Source: Squalus acanthias (Eukaryota). From it: 64,000 nt of DNA. Where the stretch lies: positions 30,816,001-30,880,000 of the forward strand of contig CM059432.1 in NCBI GenBank assembly GCA_030390025.1. The letters run 5' to 3'. The position numbers and the translations under genes are program-made. The notes beneath the pieces are model-generated. The model did no database searches. It saw nothing but the letters and a program-made list of their open reading frames with translations, and was not told the origin of the DNA. This document shows, one piece after another, positions 13,701 to 27,254 of this stretch (positions are counted from its first letter, which is position 1; every line of letters begins with the position of its first letter).

Positions 13701-14225
13701 GATCCCCATGTCCAAGCACTCCCTTTTTCCTGGTAACTCCTATAAGGTCTGCAATAAGGTACAGTAGCACAGCACTCATTCTCTTTAGTCCTCAGAGAAT
13801 TTGCAAAATAAATGTTGATAGAGTGTTGGTGAAGCCTTGGCAAAGTGCCCCAAGAAAGTCTCCGATGTGTATCAAAAGTCCTCTTCAAATGCAGTGTAGT
13901 CAGTCAATCTCCAGCAGCAAGTGAACAGTGAAAGCTGAGCATGACTTTAAGTCGCGCTTGCAATCCTCACCAATGACTTCTTTACTCCTGTACAACTGGT
14001 CACTGTTAGGAGAGGTCATTCATTGCAGCGTAAGCCAGCAAAATGGCGTGCAGCCTATTTAATGAGCATTAGGAACCACTTTAATTGGTCATCAGAACCT
14101 TCATCATCCTCGGGGCGGCAGTTCCTAATACTTCAACTCCTTTACCAAGATGGCATATTGTGCTAAAGGCATTGCAGCTCAAGATCCCATCTTGGCATGC
14201 TAAAAGACTCTTTAGTGCCTAAAGT

Positions 14226-14850
14226 ATCCTGTGCCGGCTCTTGTGAAAGAGCTATCCAATTAGTCCCACTCCCCTGCTCTTTCCCTAGAGCCCTACAATC
14301 TTTTCCTTTTCAGGTATATATCCAATTCCCTTTTGAAAGTTATTATTGAACCTGCTTCCATCACCCTTTCAGGCAGTGCATTCCAGATCGTAACAACTCG
14401 CTACTATTGGGAAAGATTGAACAGGTTGTGGCTTTTCTATTTAGAAAAGAAAAGACATCGAGGTGACCTGATAGAGGTCTTTAAAATTATGAATGGGTTG
14501 GACAGGGAAGATGTGGAGAGAATATTTCCACTTATGGGAGAATCCAAAACTGGGGGTCATAAATACAAGATGGTTACTAATACATTTTATCAGGAATTAA
14601 GAGGAAATGTCTTTACTCAGAGTGGTTAGAATGTGGAACTCGCTACCACAGGAAGTGGTTGAAGTAAATAACTTTGATGCTTTCAAAAGGAAACCAGACT
14701 AGTGCATGAGAGAAAAAGGAATAGAAAGATATGTTGAAAGGCTGAGATGAGGTAAATGGAATGGGAGGAGACTCGTGTGGAGTATAATTACCAGCACAGA
14801 CTAGTTGGGCCAAATGGCCTGTTTCTGTACTGTATGTAATTCTATGTAAT
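14226..14850. mobile_element. Two CR1 3' fragments in opposite orientation (14226-14400 minus; 14408-14850 plus)
   Basis: RGDLIEVFKIMNGLDR on the plus strand; CR1 3' UTR similarity on both. Confidence 0.8.
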
Positions 14851-16486
14851 CCTAACTTCACATTAAGACTGCACTTGATCTTGACTCCCCTTATACAATG
14901 CCACAGGAGATCAACTAGCAATATATTAAAACAGCTGTTGGTAACACTGCCACGCCCTAGTCCATTGAAGTCAACTGTAGTGGTAATGCCTGTTGCTCTT
15001 ACTTTCTCCAGAGGTGGCTGCATTCAGGTATCTCAGCCCTAAACTCTGGAAATCCCTTCTGAAACTTCTCTGCCTCTCAACCTCTCTCTCCTCCTTTTAA
15101 GATGTCCATTAAAACCTACCTCTTTGACCAAGCTTTTTGTCACCTGTCCTAATGTTTTCTTCTTTGGATCAGTGTCAATTTTGTGTCTGGTTACACTCAT
15201 GTGACGTGCCTTGGGACATTTACTACATTAAAGGCATTATATAAATGAAAGTTGTTGTTGGTGGTGGTTCAGTTTGTAGTTGACTGACAGTTCCTGTTTG
15301 AATTTGAAGGGCCAAACATTTAGAATTCAGGAAGTCCAGGAAACTCTTCTTCAAGATATAAAAGAGAATTAAGGGAGGCAACAGTTTGTAATCTAAGAAA
15401 GACAAAATAACTGGGAGCCAGCTTGAAAATGACTGACAGTTCGATATAGATGAAAGGAGAAACATTTAGGTAGATTTTCAACTTGCCACCCTGATGTAAG
15501 ACTGACATTGAGCGGCCACCCATTATAGAGACCACTCAATTTTTATTTCCATTCAAATCTACCTCACTGTGTCTATTTAAAGGTTATGTACAAAGGATTA
15601 GCTTAGTTCTCAGAGTTGCAATCATGTCCATTTGAGGAGCTGGTTATAAATTTGTCTATCATAAATACATATCTATTATATAACAATTACTTACATGTTT
15701 GTTCATCTTTCATAAGATGAATTTGCTCAATATTTTAAACTTAAAATGCCGTCTGATGTGATGTTCTACTGCTTCTGAAGACTGGAGACAGAAAGCAATC
15801 ACCAGACAGGGGTTGTTGTTTGTTTTCCCTGGCATGTTACCAAAAGCTTACCTAGAACTCAAGACAAAGATAAACACTCTCTGAAAAGGAATGGGGAGGT
15901 GCAATTCAGTCAGAGCTGAAATATTTGAGTGTAAGAAGCATAGAAAAGATCCAGAAACAGAACCAGCTCTAAATAGGTTATCCTAGGCACGCATGCTCCT
16001 CCCTGCATCTCCACTGTGTTGAAATCATGACTTATTACACAATCTTGTATTCTAGTAAATTCTTTTCTAGGCGCTCTAAATTTGGATCTCTTTACTTCTC
16101 TCAGTCTTCCTTTCTCCTTATAAGCTCTAGATGGCTCCTGGGCTGGTAGCTCCTTACTGAGCTTCTTTGCTTTGCCTAATCTTTGCCATGCCTATGTAAC
16201 CTGAGTTTCCCTGTGTCCATTCACATGTGCATTATGACTGCCTCTCCAGACCCGAGCCCGTTACTTATATCTCCCTTTTGCTTTCCCTTCTATTTCTCCT
16301 TAAAACCTAACTCTTTGACCAAGCTTTTGCTCACCTGTCCCAATGTATCCTTTTTTGGCTTGGTGTCTTTTCTTGTCGAATTACACTCATTGGAAGCACC
16401 TTGGGATGTTTTACTACTTTAAAAATACTATATAAATGCAAGTTGTTGTTGGTGTGTTTAAAGCAGGGTTGGTGTCACATGATCAC

Positions 16487-16630
16487 CAATGTTCCCCCTA
16501 AGGTGCGCGGGCGCGCCAGGAGGTCCCGCGCAGGCCGTTCACCGGCTGCTGCTGCTAGAAAGGATACAGCGCGAGCGCGGCCGCACATTTAAAGGGGCTG
16601 CACACCAAAAACAAACTTGGGGGAACATTG
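16487..16630. mobile_element. hAT-type MITE
   Basis: TIR CAATGTTCCC / GGGAACATTG; 8-bp flanks ATGATCAC / ATGAACAC (7/8 match). Confidence 0.85.
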
Positions 16631-16646
16631 ATGAACACTACTTATT

Positions 16647-18536
16647 GGTCTAGAAATTCCAGAGCGCTGGAAACCTGCCTGTGCCACCGCTGGCCACAGT
16701 TAATGGCCACCAAAATTAATAGCGCTGGCAGCACCGGTATATTGATGCTACTTGCTAATTAACATTAGTGCAACACTAAACTCACAGTGCAAGGCCAGTT
16801 TTCCTGGTGGTAGTCTCAGCAGGAGGCCCAATGTAGCGTGGCTGTAGCAACATTGGAGCAGGAACAGCCTTCTCTTAAAGCAACGCTGCCATTTTAGAAA
16901 GCAGTGCAGTCCCTTAAAGGGGAACTGCCTTCTAAAATGAAAAAACTAAAAATCATCTAAAAATAAGCAGTTTTTAGCCCTTGGAGATCAACTGCCTTCT
17001 GAAAAACAAATAAACATTAAAAAGAATTCCCAAATAGCAGTCTTCAGCTCTTAAACTGAATTGCCTTCTGCACCTAAACAAATGGGAAAAGTGCTTCAGC
17101 ATTAACACAAATGGCTCAGCAGGCCAGGGAAGGGGCACCCAGTGGTCTTGCATGCAGCACTCCAGCTTTGTGCAGGGGGTCAAAACTGCAAGAGAGGTCC
17201 TCTACCCACAGGTACCAGGAGGCCCTCCAGAAGAAGGACGTGGGACCAGATCACCGAGGCCGTCACTGACAGCAGTGTCGCCCCCACGATCTGGCGCCAG
17301 TGCCCAAAGAAGCTTCATGACCTCAGACCAGTAGTCAAGGTCAGTGAATGCATCTTCAAAAGCCATCTCCTATCAACTGCACCACTAGCCTCGCACACTG
17401 CTCAATGCACGACTCTTCCCCCCCTCAATCACTCACCTACCAACAATCTGTACCAAACACGATGCACACCTCCCATTCCTAGCTTCACCTCACACCCTTA
17501 GAGGAGATGGTGCTGGCCATTCTTGGCAGGGGCATGGCTGAGCACTTGGTCAGTAGCAGGGCTGAATGGATACAAGATGCTAGTATCCTCAGACATTATC
17601 CCTCATCTCGCATGCACCTCTTACTTTTCTGCCCTCCCCTCACCTCAACTCCACCCTTGTGCCTTCCTCATTTCATACACCCAAGAAATGCAGCCTGCCC
17701 AGCCAGTAATTGACCAAGAAGAGGGAGAGGAGAGTGAAGAAAAAGAAGCACCGTCATTCGATTTCACACACCCAGACACCTGCTCCTCAACGTCGATCTG
17801 CAAGGCCATTTGCAGTGGCCCCCCACTGAAAGTCAGCAGTTTCTCACCAGCTATGCTGCAGCCACTAGGGTAGCACTGCGTGACATCAGTAGAATAGGCA
17901 AAGGCACAAACAAGACAGTCACTAATGGAATGCAAAAGGATGATTAGTTGATTTCTTGATGTCATATTGGATTGATAGATGTATAAAGTTGGATTGGAAA
18001 GTTTGCTTTTTGGTGGCTTTTATTTCAGCATTTTGACCAAGAGGACACTGTGGTCAGTAACAGAGGGAAGGTAAGGTGTGGGACTAATGTTGAAAGGGGA
18101 ATTGGGATTGTGGTCACTGGTACCACAGGCGGATGATTCCATCCCAGATATCCCGACCAGAAAGGGGCTGTCTGGGTTGCATCCTTCCTTCTACTCCCTC
18201 CTCTTCTGCGTCTTCCTCTTTTTATTTTTATCAGTTCAGAGACATGGCCCTTTTAATACATTGCCTTTTTAATGTCCCACAATGCCTAGCAAACTCATTG
18301 CCTCACTTCCAGAGGCTGTTGGAAGATGGAATGCCACTTCTGGATGCCAACTTCGCTACCGATGCCTGCACTAACACCACCAGGAGGCCCTTACATGGTG
18401 AGTTAGCGCTGGGCTAAAAATCTTTAGTCCCCAATATGAATTTTTCCCTCCCATCATCGCGACCATTCTCAGCTGCCGCTAATTCAAGGCCGCAGTGACA
18501 CCGGCAACTTTTGTGGTGGCCACGAATTTCTAGGCC
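16647..18536. mobile_element. Non-autonomous Harbinger derivative (Myb remnant on +, transposase acidic tail on -)
   Basis: TIR GGTCTAGAAATTC / GAATTTCTAGGCC; WDQITEAV...WRQCPKKLHDLRPVVK Myb remnant at 17142-17340. Confidence 0.85.
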
Positions 18537-19856
18537 TATGTGTCTTAACCTGCCAATCAGACTTCACAATAAAAAAGTGTTTATTTAAATGATCCTAACT
18601 TGAATTGATTTAGACTGACAATTTGATTTAGCACCAATGATTCTCACTAATAACACATAACCTTTATCTGATGCACAACGTGTGTCTTTTTGGGATGAAG
18701 TCCAATTAAGCTTTTTACTTAATTAGCAAGATTGCAATAGAATTCATTTGGGACACTTATTAGGTCACTGGGTTGTAATTAGCTATGCTACACAGTAGAG
18801 CAACCCAGATTATTGTTTGTCTGCACCAACTATGTTAATTACTGTTAATTAAGAGCCTTTAGCTCCAAACCAGCTCAAGGACAACTTACCTTCCTGTCAT
18901 GAATGCAATGGAACTTAAGTTTAGCTTCTAGTATCTGACATGCTCACAGAATAAATACTATTCAGATAGGTAGGATTTTCCTTAGTGGCTTACTGAGTAA
19001 GTCTTCTGTCCACTGTCATATGGCACTGGGCCATAAAGACTACAAGAATGCCTAAGTTTTATCCCTGCTCTTTGTTAAGGTAGCTGATCTCATCTAGGGG
19101 AAATTCAATTAACCTCAGTGACCCAGCTGTAGTGAGTGGCAATTCAGTTCCCTCTCCTGATTACTATTCAGGAACTTCTGGGTAAGAAAGCGATTGGATC
19201 GAATAGATTGTTAACACTCTCTGTCTATGCTCATACATGAGCGATGGCCACTTTGGTGAGATATCAGAGGGTGGATGGCACCCATGAAACTGTACCAAAC
19301 TATGAATTAGAACATTCAGGTGAGAAAAGGGGAACTAGCCAAACTTCAGTTTCAATCAGCTGTAACTGTATAACTGTAACCACAGCAAACTATTCAAATT
19401 TTAAATGGGTGATTGCTGAGGCACTGATGTGATTAGTGATGTAGTGGTATGGCTGGATACTGTGATTGTTGATTGGATCATGTGTTTAGGGATTGGATAG
19501 TATTTTGATGAAGGGACAATGTGCTTGGATGCTATGACTGTTGTGATTGTGTGACTGATGAAGGATTGGTGCAGTTGCTATGAGGCTATGATTGGCGATG
19601 AGACGATGGGACTGACAATGGGATGATGTGATTGGCAATAGGACAGTGTCATGGTGTAATTGATAATATAACGTGATTGTATAACATTTACAAGAGTGGC
19701 TGGGATATTTTGAACATTCAACACTCTGGGACATAACTCTATGATTTTACCAGTGCCCCCATCCCCCTTCACCCAATTAGCAAATGTCTTTCCTCACTCA
19801 CTGCAACCCAGCAAAACAATGGCTCAGTTCATCAGTCTTCATTTGCTGAAGTCATG

Positions 19857-20790
19857 CAACAACAACAACAGCAAAAGCAAATTGCATTTATATAGTGACT
19901 TTAATATAGAAAAAAACATCAAAAAGCACTTCAAAGGAGGGGGTTGTAGGACTGGAGGAGGTTACAGAGATAGGGAGAGGTGAGATCATGAGGGATTTTA
20001 CGACAATGATGAGGAAGAGGAGGGGATCAAAGATAGAGGATTGTTAATGTTGTGGGGTGGAAAGAGAAGCCATTGCTGGAGATACTCTGGCTATGATTGA
20101 ATAGGTAAGAGTGGAACCAAGGGCAGTCCCACTGAGCTGCACAATGGAGGAACTGTGTTCGATGAGGATGGTGTGGTTAACCGTGCCAAAGGCTGCAGAG
20201 AGGTTGAGAAGGATGAGGAGGGATATGTGCACCACAGTCATAGTCACAGAGGATGTAATTTGTGACTTTCATTAGGGCTGTTTCAAAGATGATGCGGGGA
20301 AGAATCCTGATTGGAAAAATTGAAACATGGATCTGTGGGAAAGATGGACACAGATTTGTGAGGCGGAAACACATTCAAGAACTTTGGAAAGAAAAAGTAG
20401 CTTGTAGATGGGGTGATAGTTTGCAATGATAAAGGGTTTGAGGATGGGTTCTTCGAGAGGGGAGGTGATAATGGCAGTTTTGAAAGGGAAAGGGACAGCG
20501 GACAGGGAACCATTTGCAATGTTAGCTATCTTGGGGGCTAGGAAGAGAAGTTAGGTGGTCAGCAGTTCAGCAGGAAAGGGTCAAGGCAGCAGGAGGTATG
20601 TCTCGTGGACAAGCTGAACTCCTGAATGAGGAGAAAAAGGAAAGAAATTAGAGAAGATGAGGGTTCAGAGCTAGGACGACGGGAGGGAGCTTTAGAGGAG
20701 GTTTAAAATGTTGAGTAAGGGGATGATGGGGAGGAAGCAGCAGAGGCAGATGGATGGATAATCTCAATCATAGTGACAAAGAAGCCCTTT
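19857..20790 (-). mobile_element. Decayed L2 LINE (RT fragment + 3' tail)
   Basis: ETALMKVTN and LILLNLSAAFGTVNH L2 RT motifs; CAA-repeat tail at about 19857. Confidence 0.8.
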
Positions 20791-21934
20791 AGCTCTGAAT
20801 TTGATGCACATTAGTTATAACTCACTTTCTTTTTCTTCTTAGCTGCTCTCGGGCATATCTCCAGTCATGCCACCTTTCATTTCTCCCCTCTCGGTTACTT
20901 TGACCGCGCGACCGTGCCCCCCACCAACCCATCACTATAGCTCTGCCTTTCTAGGCTTGAATCCCTTGCATGAATGTAGGCACAAGCCTGTTTCCTTTAA
21001 TATCACCCGCATGCTTGAATGGCATACTGACATTCACTGTCTAGACACACAGTTGAAAGATAGTCACTTGAGGGAGATATCTGTTTTTCTGTTGAATAAT
21101 AGATGTTGGGGAGGACACTGCACTGAAATTACTCCCCCATTCTGTGCTTGAAAAGAAAGTGATGTAAATAGGAAACAAAAAAGATATGAATTGTAAACTG
21201 TAACTATTAAATGTCGAGCATGATGAACTGATGGTGACACTCATTCCTTAAAGGCTTGTGTGGTGCGGGCTTTGAAATACAAAAAAAGGAAAATATAGTC
21301 CAGCATCTAAGAATAGACATGGAATCCAATCCAGGCTACCTGATATCCAAACTGGTCTGTGAGAACAGGATCCTGGCAGCTACCCAGTGTATTAGATATC
21401 CTGAAACAGTGAAATTTAAGGATATGTCTTGTAAACTTCATCTTGGCTATATGTCATGTTTATACAGGAAACAAAGAGGCTGATTTTACGGGACATTTCC
21501 TAGACAGGCCCAGTGGTGATAATGCATAGAAATATTTGTTGGAAGTTGCAGTTTTCTCTCCTGAAAGTGCAGACTCATCCATGGGTGCAATTCCAGTAAC
21601 AGATCCCTCACTCACATATAAATCCAGACAGTGAGCGTCAGCAGGCTATTCTACCATGCGAGTGCTTTAAAACCTGAGCTTCATTCTGTTCTCACCCAGC
21701 ACTTGAACACTCACCGTCTCCAGGGATCACTGAATGGTAACCACGCACAGAAAACCCGAATGCTCTTACATTTATTTCCTTCCTCCGAGTAAAGGATTCT
21801 ATTGTCAATTGTAGCATTGTAGCTAACTGAGCACTGATCAAAGATTGAACTTGAGGGTGCCCTGCACTGTACGGAGCAGCACCACACCCTATGGTGTTCT
21901 TACACACTGAGCCAATCAGGGTGTGACAACAATC

Positions 21935-22052
21935 ACCGACCTGAAACGTTAACTCTGTCTCTCTCTCCCCAGATGCTGCCTGACCTGCTGAGTGTTTCCA
22001 CCATTTTCTGTTTTTTATTTCAGAGTTCCAGCATCCGCAGTACTTTGCTTTT
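21935..22052 (+). mobile_element. Penelope-like element 3' end
   Basis: GACCTGAAACGTTAACTCTG...GATGCTGCCTGACCTGCTGAG, near-identical to 52278-52368. Confidence 0.6.
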
Positions 22053-22569
22053 GTTGTTGTTGTGTGAGGATGTGGCAAAGGATTCAGTGCTCTATTTCCC
22101 CCAGCGCTTATTTAAGGTATTTTATCCCAGTGTAATTATTTTGTTAGAATGTGAAAAGGATAGGGAGATAGGCAGAGTGAGACAAAGAGAAAGTAAAGGG
22201 GAAACAGGGAGACAGAATATTGGTGAGCGATAGAATGTGGAACAGGAAAAAAGAAAGGTCAGACGGAGGTGATGGAAAGAGAGAAAATAACATTTTGGAG
22301 CAGGAGAGAGAGAGCTGGAAAGGAAAGACAACTAGAAAGCAAGGAGAGAAAGAGACAGACAGACAGACAGACAGAGAATATGTGTCACAATTGAGACAAA
22401 GGCTGAATTGTAAAAGATGCAGTTCATACTATATGACACAAAATCCATAATCAGTGGGGAGGTGTGAGTGCAATTGAGGGAACCAGAGGAAGGGGAACGA
22501 TTGACTCCATAAGACAAGCTCAAGCAGTAAAATCGCTGCAATGTTTTCCTCCATAACTACAGTCACTGC

Positions 22570-22935
22570 AGTTTCTCACTTCTGAGTCAGAAGGTTGTGG
22601 GTTCAAGCCCCATTCCAGAGACTTGTGCGTATAATCTAGGCTGACACTTCAGTGCAGCACTGTGGGAGTGCGCATGGCACTATTCAAAGTAGTGTAAGTG
22701 TGTTTTCTAAATGTCTTGGACAGCATTTATCCTTCAACCAGCACCACCAGAAGCAACTTATCTGGTAATTTATCTCCCTGCTCTTTTTGGGACCATGCAA
22801 TGCTCAAATTGGCTGTCACTTTTCCCCACATTACAACAGTGACTACACTTCAAAAGTACTTTATTGGCTGTAAAGCATTTTGAGATGTCTTAAGGATGTG
22901 AAAAGTGCTATATAAATGGAAGCTTTTTCTTCTTT
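22570..22935 (+). mobile_element. DeuSINE (SacSINE1-like) copy, internally deleted
   Basis: tRNA-like GGTTCAAG box, Deu-domain start, L2-type tail GCTATATAAATG. Confidence 0.75.
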
Positions 22936-23168
22936 CAAATGTAATTTATTGTGCGAAGCACTTTAAGACCAAATCTTTGAAGGTGTCAGGGCAAGTTGAT
23001 AAGGCTATTAATAAAGCATACGGGATCCTGGGCTTTTTAAATAGATGCATAGAGTACAAAAGCAAAGATGTTGTGCTAAACCTTTATAAATCACTGGTTA
23101 GGCCATAACTGGAGTATTGTGTCCAATTCTGAGCACTACACTTTAGGAAGGATGTCAAGGCTTTGGAC

Positions 23169-25627
23169 TGGAATCCATTATTAAGGAAGCAGTAGCAGGA
23201 CATTTGGAAAATCATAATACAGTCAAGCAGAGTCAGCATGGTTTTATGAAAGGGAAATCATGTTTGACAAATTTGCTGGAGTTCTTTGAGGATGTAACAA
23301 GCAGGGTGGATAAAGGGGAACCAGTAGATGTAGTGTATTTGGATTTCCAGAAGGCATTCGATAAGGTGCCACATAAAAGGTTACCGCACAAGATAAGAGC
23401 TCATGAGGTTGGGGGTAATATATTAGCATGGATAGAGGATTGGCTAACTAACAGAAAACAGAGAGTTGGGATAAATGGTTCATTTTCCGGTTGGCAAACG
23501 GTAACTAGTGGGGTGCCACAGGGATCAGTGCTGGGGCCTCAACTATTTACAATCTATATTAATGACTTGGATGAAGGGACCGAGTGTAATGTAACCAAAT
23601 TTGCTGATGATACAAAGATAGGTGGGAAAGCAAGTTGTGAAGAGGACACAAAGAATCTGCAAAGGGATATAGACAGGCGAAGTGAGTGGGAAAACATTTA
23701 GCAGATGGAGTATAATGTGGGAAAGTGTGAGGTTATCCACTTTGGTAAGAAAAATAAAAAAGCAAATCATTATTTAAATGGAGAGAGATTACAAAATGCT
23801 GCATGGGTCCTTGTGCATGAAACACAAAAAGTTAGCATGCAGGTACAGCAAGTAATCAGGAAGGCAAATGGAATGTTGGCCTTTATTGAAAGGGGGTTGG
23901 AGTATAAAAGCAGGGAAGTCCTGCTACAACTGTACAAGGTATTGGTGAGACCACACCTGGAGTACTGCATACAGTTTTGGTCTCCTTATTTAAGGAGGGA
24001 TATACCTGCATTGGAGGCAGTTCAGAGAAAGTTCACGAGGTTGATTCCTAAGATGAAGGGGTTGACTTATGAAGAGAGGTTGAGCAGGTTGGGCCTATAC
24101 TCATTGGAGTTTAGAAGAATGAGAGGTGATCTTATTGAAACATATAAGATACTGAGTGGGCTCGACTGAAGTGATATTTACTAGTCCTAGCCCATTTAGG
24201 GCTACCCCAGATCAGGCGTATTTCTCAGACGTTCACTTTCAACTATAGTTTGAGGTAGCCGAATCCTAAAGACGCTTAATTGGGTCTAAAGGTCTGGGCT
24301 ATCTCTCCCTAAAGGAAAGGAATAACCCAAGACTGTTACCATCCTCCAGATAGCACTTTTAATAAGTTTAGCTAGACTGTAACGTCCCGAATATTATGAG
24401 GGTCTGGAAAACTCCCTCAGAATTCTGCAACTCTTCACCAAAGAGTGTACCGAGATTGAGTTCGCGAGTTTTTGATACAGAAGACTTATGTGAGATAATT
24501 CTAAAAATATATAGAGATTTATTAAAATAACCGGCATGCACTTTACAGTTGGTGAATCAGTCAATCGTAACATTAACAGTTCTAAAAAGAGAAGAAATAC
24601 GATCTTTTTAACAGAGAATCTTACTTTTAAATGTTAACTTTGCTACAGTATTACAGTTCTTAAAGTTCTCTATACAGGATATCCATCAATATCAAATACC
24701 TTTGATCCCCGAGGTACATAGAGTGGTAGACTACAGAACCGCCTCTGAAGCCGAGAATCGCTTTGCCTGATTAAAACGAGTCTGATATCCCATTTGAGAG
24801 TTCAATATTTATACCCTTTTCTAGTGGTATTTCCTTTAAGGTTTTCTGCTGATGCAAGTTAATTATCTCTATTCATCTTTCTGCGGACCTCTGCAACTCT
24901 TACTGCCACATCAGCCAGAATCTTGTCTCATCTCCAGGTGTTCTGGGTTGACCATATAAAAACGGTGTGAACAGCAGGTGTTCCTTATTTTATGTCATCT
25001 TTACGAAGTTTAAATTAGAACACCTTATCCAGGGTAAACCATTATTTTGTTCCCAAAAGGTCAGCTTGTCGGAGCCGTGCACCTTCTGTTTCAATAAGGT
25101 TATTTATTCAGGGTCAACAACTGTCTTATCTCAATAGCCAGAATGCTTTCATAGCTATTTCATAGTTAGGTTTCTAAATTTCCAAACCCAGTTTGTCATG
25201 TTTTAATAAGGCCAGAATTCTTTCATAAGATAGTGTATTTTTCTAAATAGGTTATATGGCTTATTCCTTCACACGACAAGGTAGATGCAGAGAAGATGTT
25301 TCCCCTCATGGGGGAATCTAGGACTAGGGGGCATAGTTTCAGAATAGGGGGTCACCCATTTAAAACTGAGATGAGGAGGAATTTCTTCTCTGAGGGTCAT
25401 AAATCTGTGGAATTCTCTGCCCCAGAGAGCGATGGCAGCTGGGTCATTGAATATATTTAAGGTGGAGATAGACAGATTTTTGAACAATAAGGGAGTGAAG
25501 GGTTATGGGGAGCGGGCAGGGAAATGGAGCTGAGCCCAAGATCAGATCAGCCATGATCTCATTGAATGGCGGAGCAGGCTCAAGGGGCCAAATGGCCTAC
25601 TCCTGCTCTATTTCTTATGTTCTTATG
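23169..25627 (+). mobile_element. 5'-truncated CR1 (RT + 3' end) split by a solo LTR
   Basis: ORFs 23204-23701 and 23705-24169 with RT motifs; resumes at 25278; (TTCTTATG)n tail. Confidence 0.92.
24167..25271 (-). mobile_element. Long retrovirus-like solo LTR, copy 1
   Basis: TGAAG...CTTCA termini; flanks CTCGAC / CACGAC; TATA (24808-24813) and AATAAA (24518-24523) on minus; homologous to 62246-63687. Confidence 0.85.
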
Positions 25628-27254
25628 AGAGGATGCAGAGGAGATTTACTAGAATGATACAAGGGATTGGGGACTTCAGTTATGTGGAGGAACTAGAGAA
25701 ACTGGGATTGTTCACCTTAGAGCAGAGAAGGTTAAGGGCGATTCAATAAAGGGTCAGTAACCAGAGGACACAGATTTAAGGTAATTGGCAAAAAAAGCAG
25801 AAGGGAAATGAAGAGAATTTTTTTAATGATCTGGAATGCACCGCCTGAAAGGTTGGTGGACGGAGTTTCAATAGTAACTTTCAAAAGGGAATCGGATATA
25901 TACTTGGAAAGGAAAAGTTTGCAAGGCTATACGGAATGAGGGGGAGGAGTCGGACTAGTTGGATAGCTCTTTCAAAGAGCTGGCACAGGCACGATGGCCT
26001 CCTTCTGTGCTGTATGATTCTGTATGAGAAAGTGCTCTATAAACACAAGTATTGCCATTTGGCAAAAAATATCTCGTGGTGCATACAAATTTATTTGAGA
26101 AAAGGAATCCTTTTAACAGGGCACTGTGTTATGGTATTAGCGTGGGACCCATGGCAACTACCTTTGACATTATATTGCTTCATCCTTAGATTTAGCGTGA
26201 AGTGGAGTCAGGAATGCTGTTTATATAATGTGATATAATTAGCCTTACTCTTTTGTCAAGTGTCATGCTACAATTAAGGGTCCCCATTATATACAAAACA
26301 GATTTTTTTTCCCCACCAAGTTTTAATTTGTATACTGTACCGTATGTCTGTTTAGAAACTTGTAATTCAACAGACAATGTCAGTCACAAAAGAAATTATA
26401 GTCAATGAAAGTCATTTAAACATGATGAACCTTCCAACGATATTCTCTCTGAGATTTCCCAGCTTGTTATTTGTTTCATGTCAAGCACATGTCACAGAGG
26501 GGATCAGAGTTGTTTGATGTGCATTAAATAAATCAGGTTACTATATTTACACAGCAATGCAGATCAGTTACATGGAAACACATTGTAATTGCATAAAGAT
26601 ATGGTAATATTCGACAGCATGCCCTCCCCCCACCTTCCAGGCTTCCCATACAGCGGGAATATTTAGGTGCAGGCTGTCTCCCCTTTGTAGGTTGTTTGTC
26701 TATTTAGGCCTCAGAAATGCATCGGGTAGATCCACATTAATCAACAGGTTACATTCCAGCCATAAGTTCCTTCCACTTTCGTAATTGTGCTCTCCCTCAC
26801 ATTCAACCTCGCAGATGTGTGCACTCATGCACTCTCATGTACACTCACGCACTTACAAACACACTACACGTGCACTCTTGAGCATTCTCTAGCACAGTGC
26901 ATTGGATTGTCCTCCAATATCCCGGCTGAAATCAGGCAGGGTGGTGGGGTATTCGGCAGGAAAATCAGGCAGTGAGGACTACCACCGTGTTCCCGCCCAT
27001 ATCTCAATTTGCCCCTTCTCCCTCCCACGTTGCTGACCCACCCGCTGCATGTAATTACAGTGGGCACAGGACTTGGGTTTCCATCCGATTTTCCTTCTTG
27101 AAGTCCTGCCCTCCTGTAAAACCACCAAGGGCAGGGAAATTCAGCCCAATCTCTCACACAGATACACAGATTCGCGCACATTCATACACTTGTAACAATC
27201 ACACACTCTCATGCTCACCTATGCACACTCTCTATCAAACACAATCCATCAGCC

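Larger units (their letters stand above)
11205..14225. mobile_element. Decayed, internally deleted Harbinger transposon
   Basis: Myb gene remnant (+) convergent with a transposase remnant (-), the same layout as 31384-35562; ends approximate. Confidence 0.8.
22970..26025 (+). mobile_element. CR1 3' fragment split by a younger CR1
   Basis: GGATGTCAAGGCTTTGGA (ends about 23168) resumes as GAGGATGCAGAGGAG at about 25627. Confidence 0.8.

Noticed and set aside
22150..22380. Purine-rich tract and short ORFs
   Set aside because: Low-complexity GA/GACA simple sequence
24167..25273. Alternative LTR end at ...TTCACA with a 4-bp CGAC duplication
   Set aside because: The homologous end of copy 2 begins TGAAGG and its flanks fit a 6-bp duplication, supporting the 25271 end
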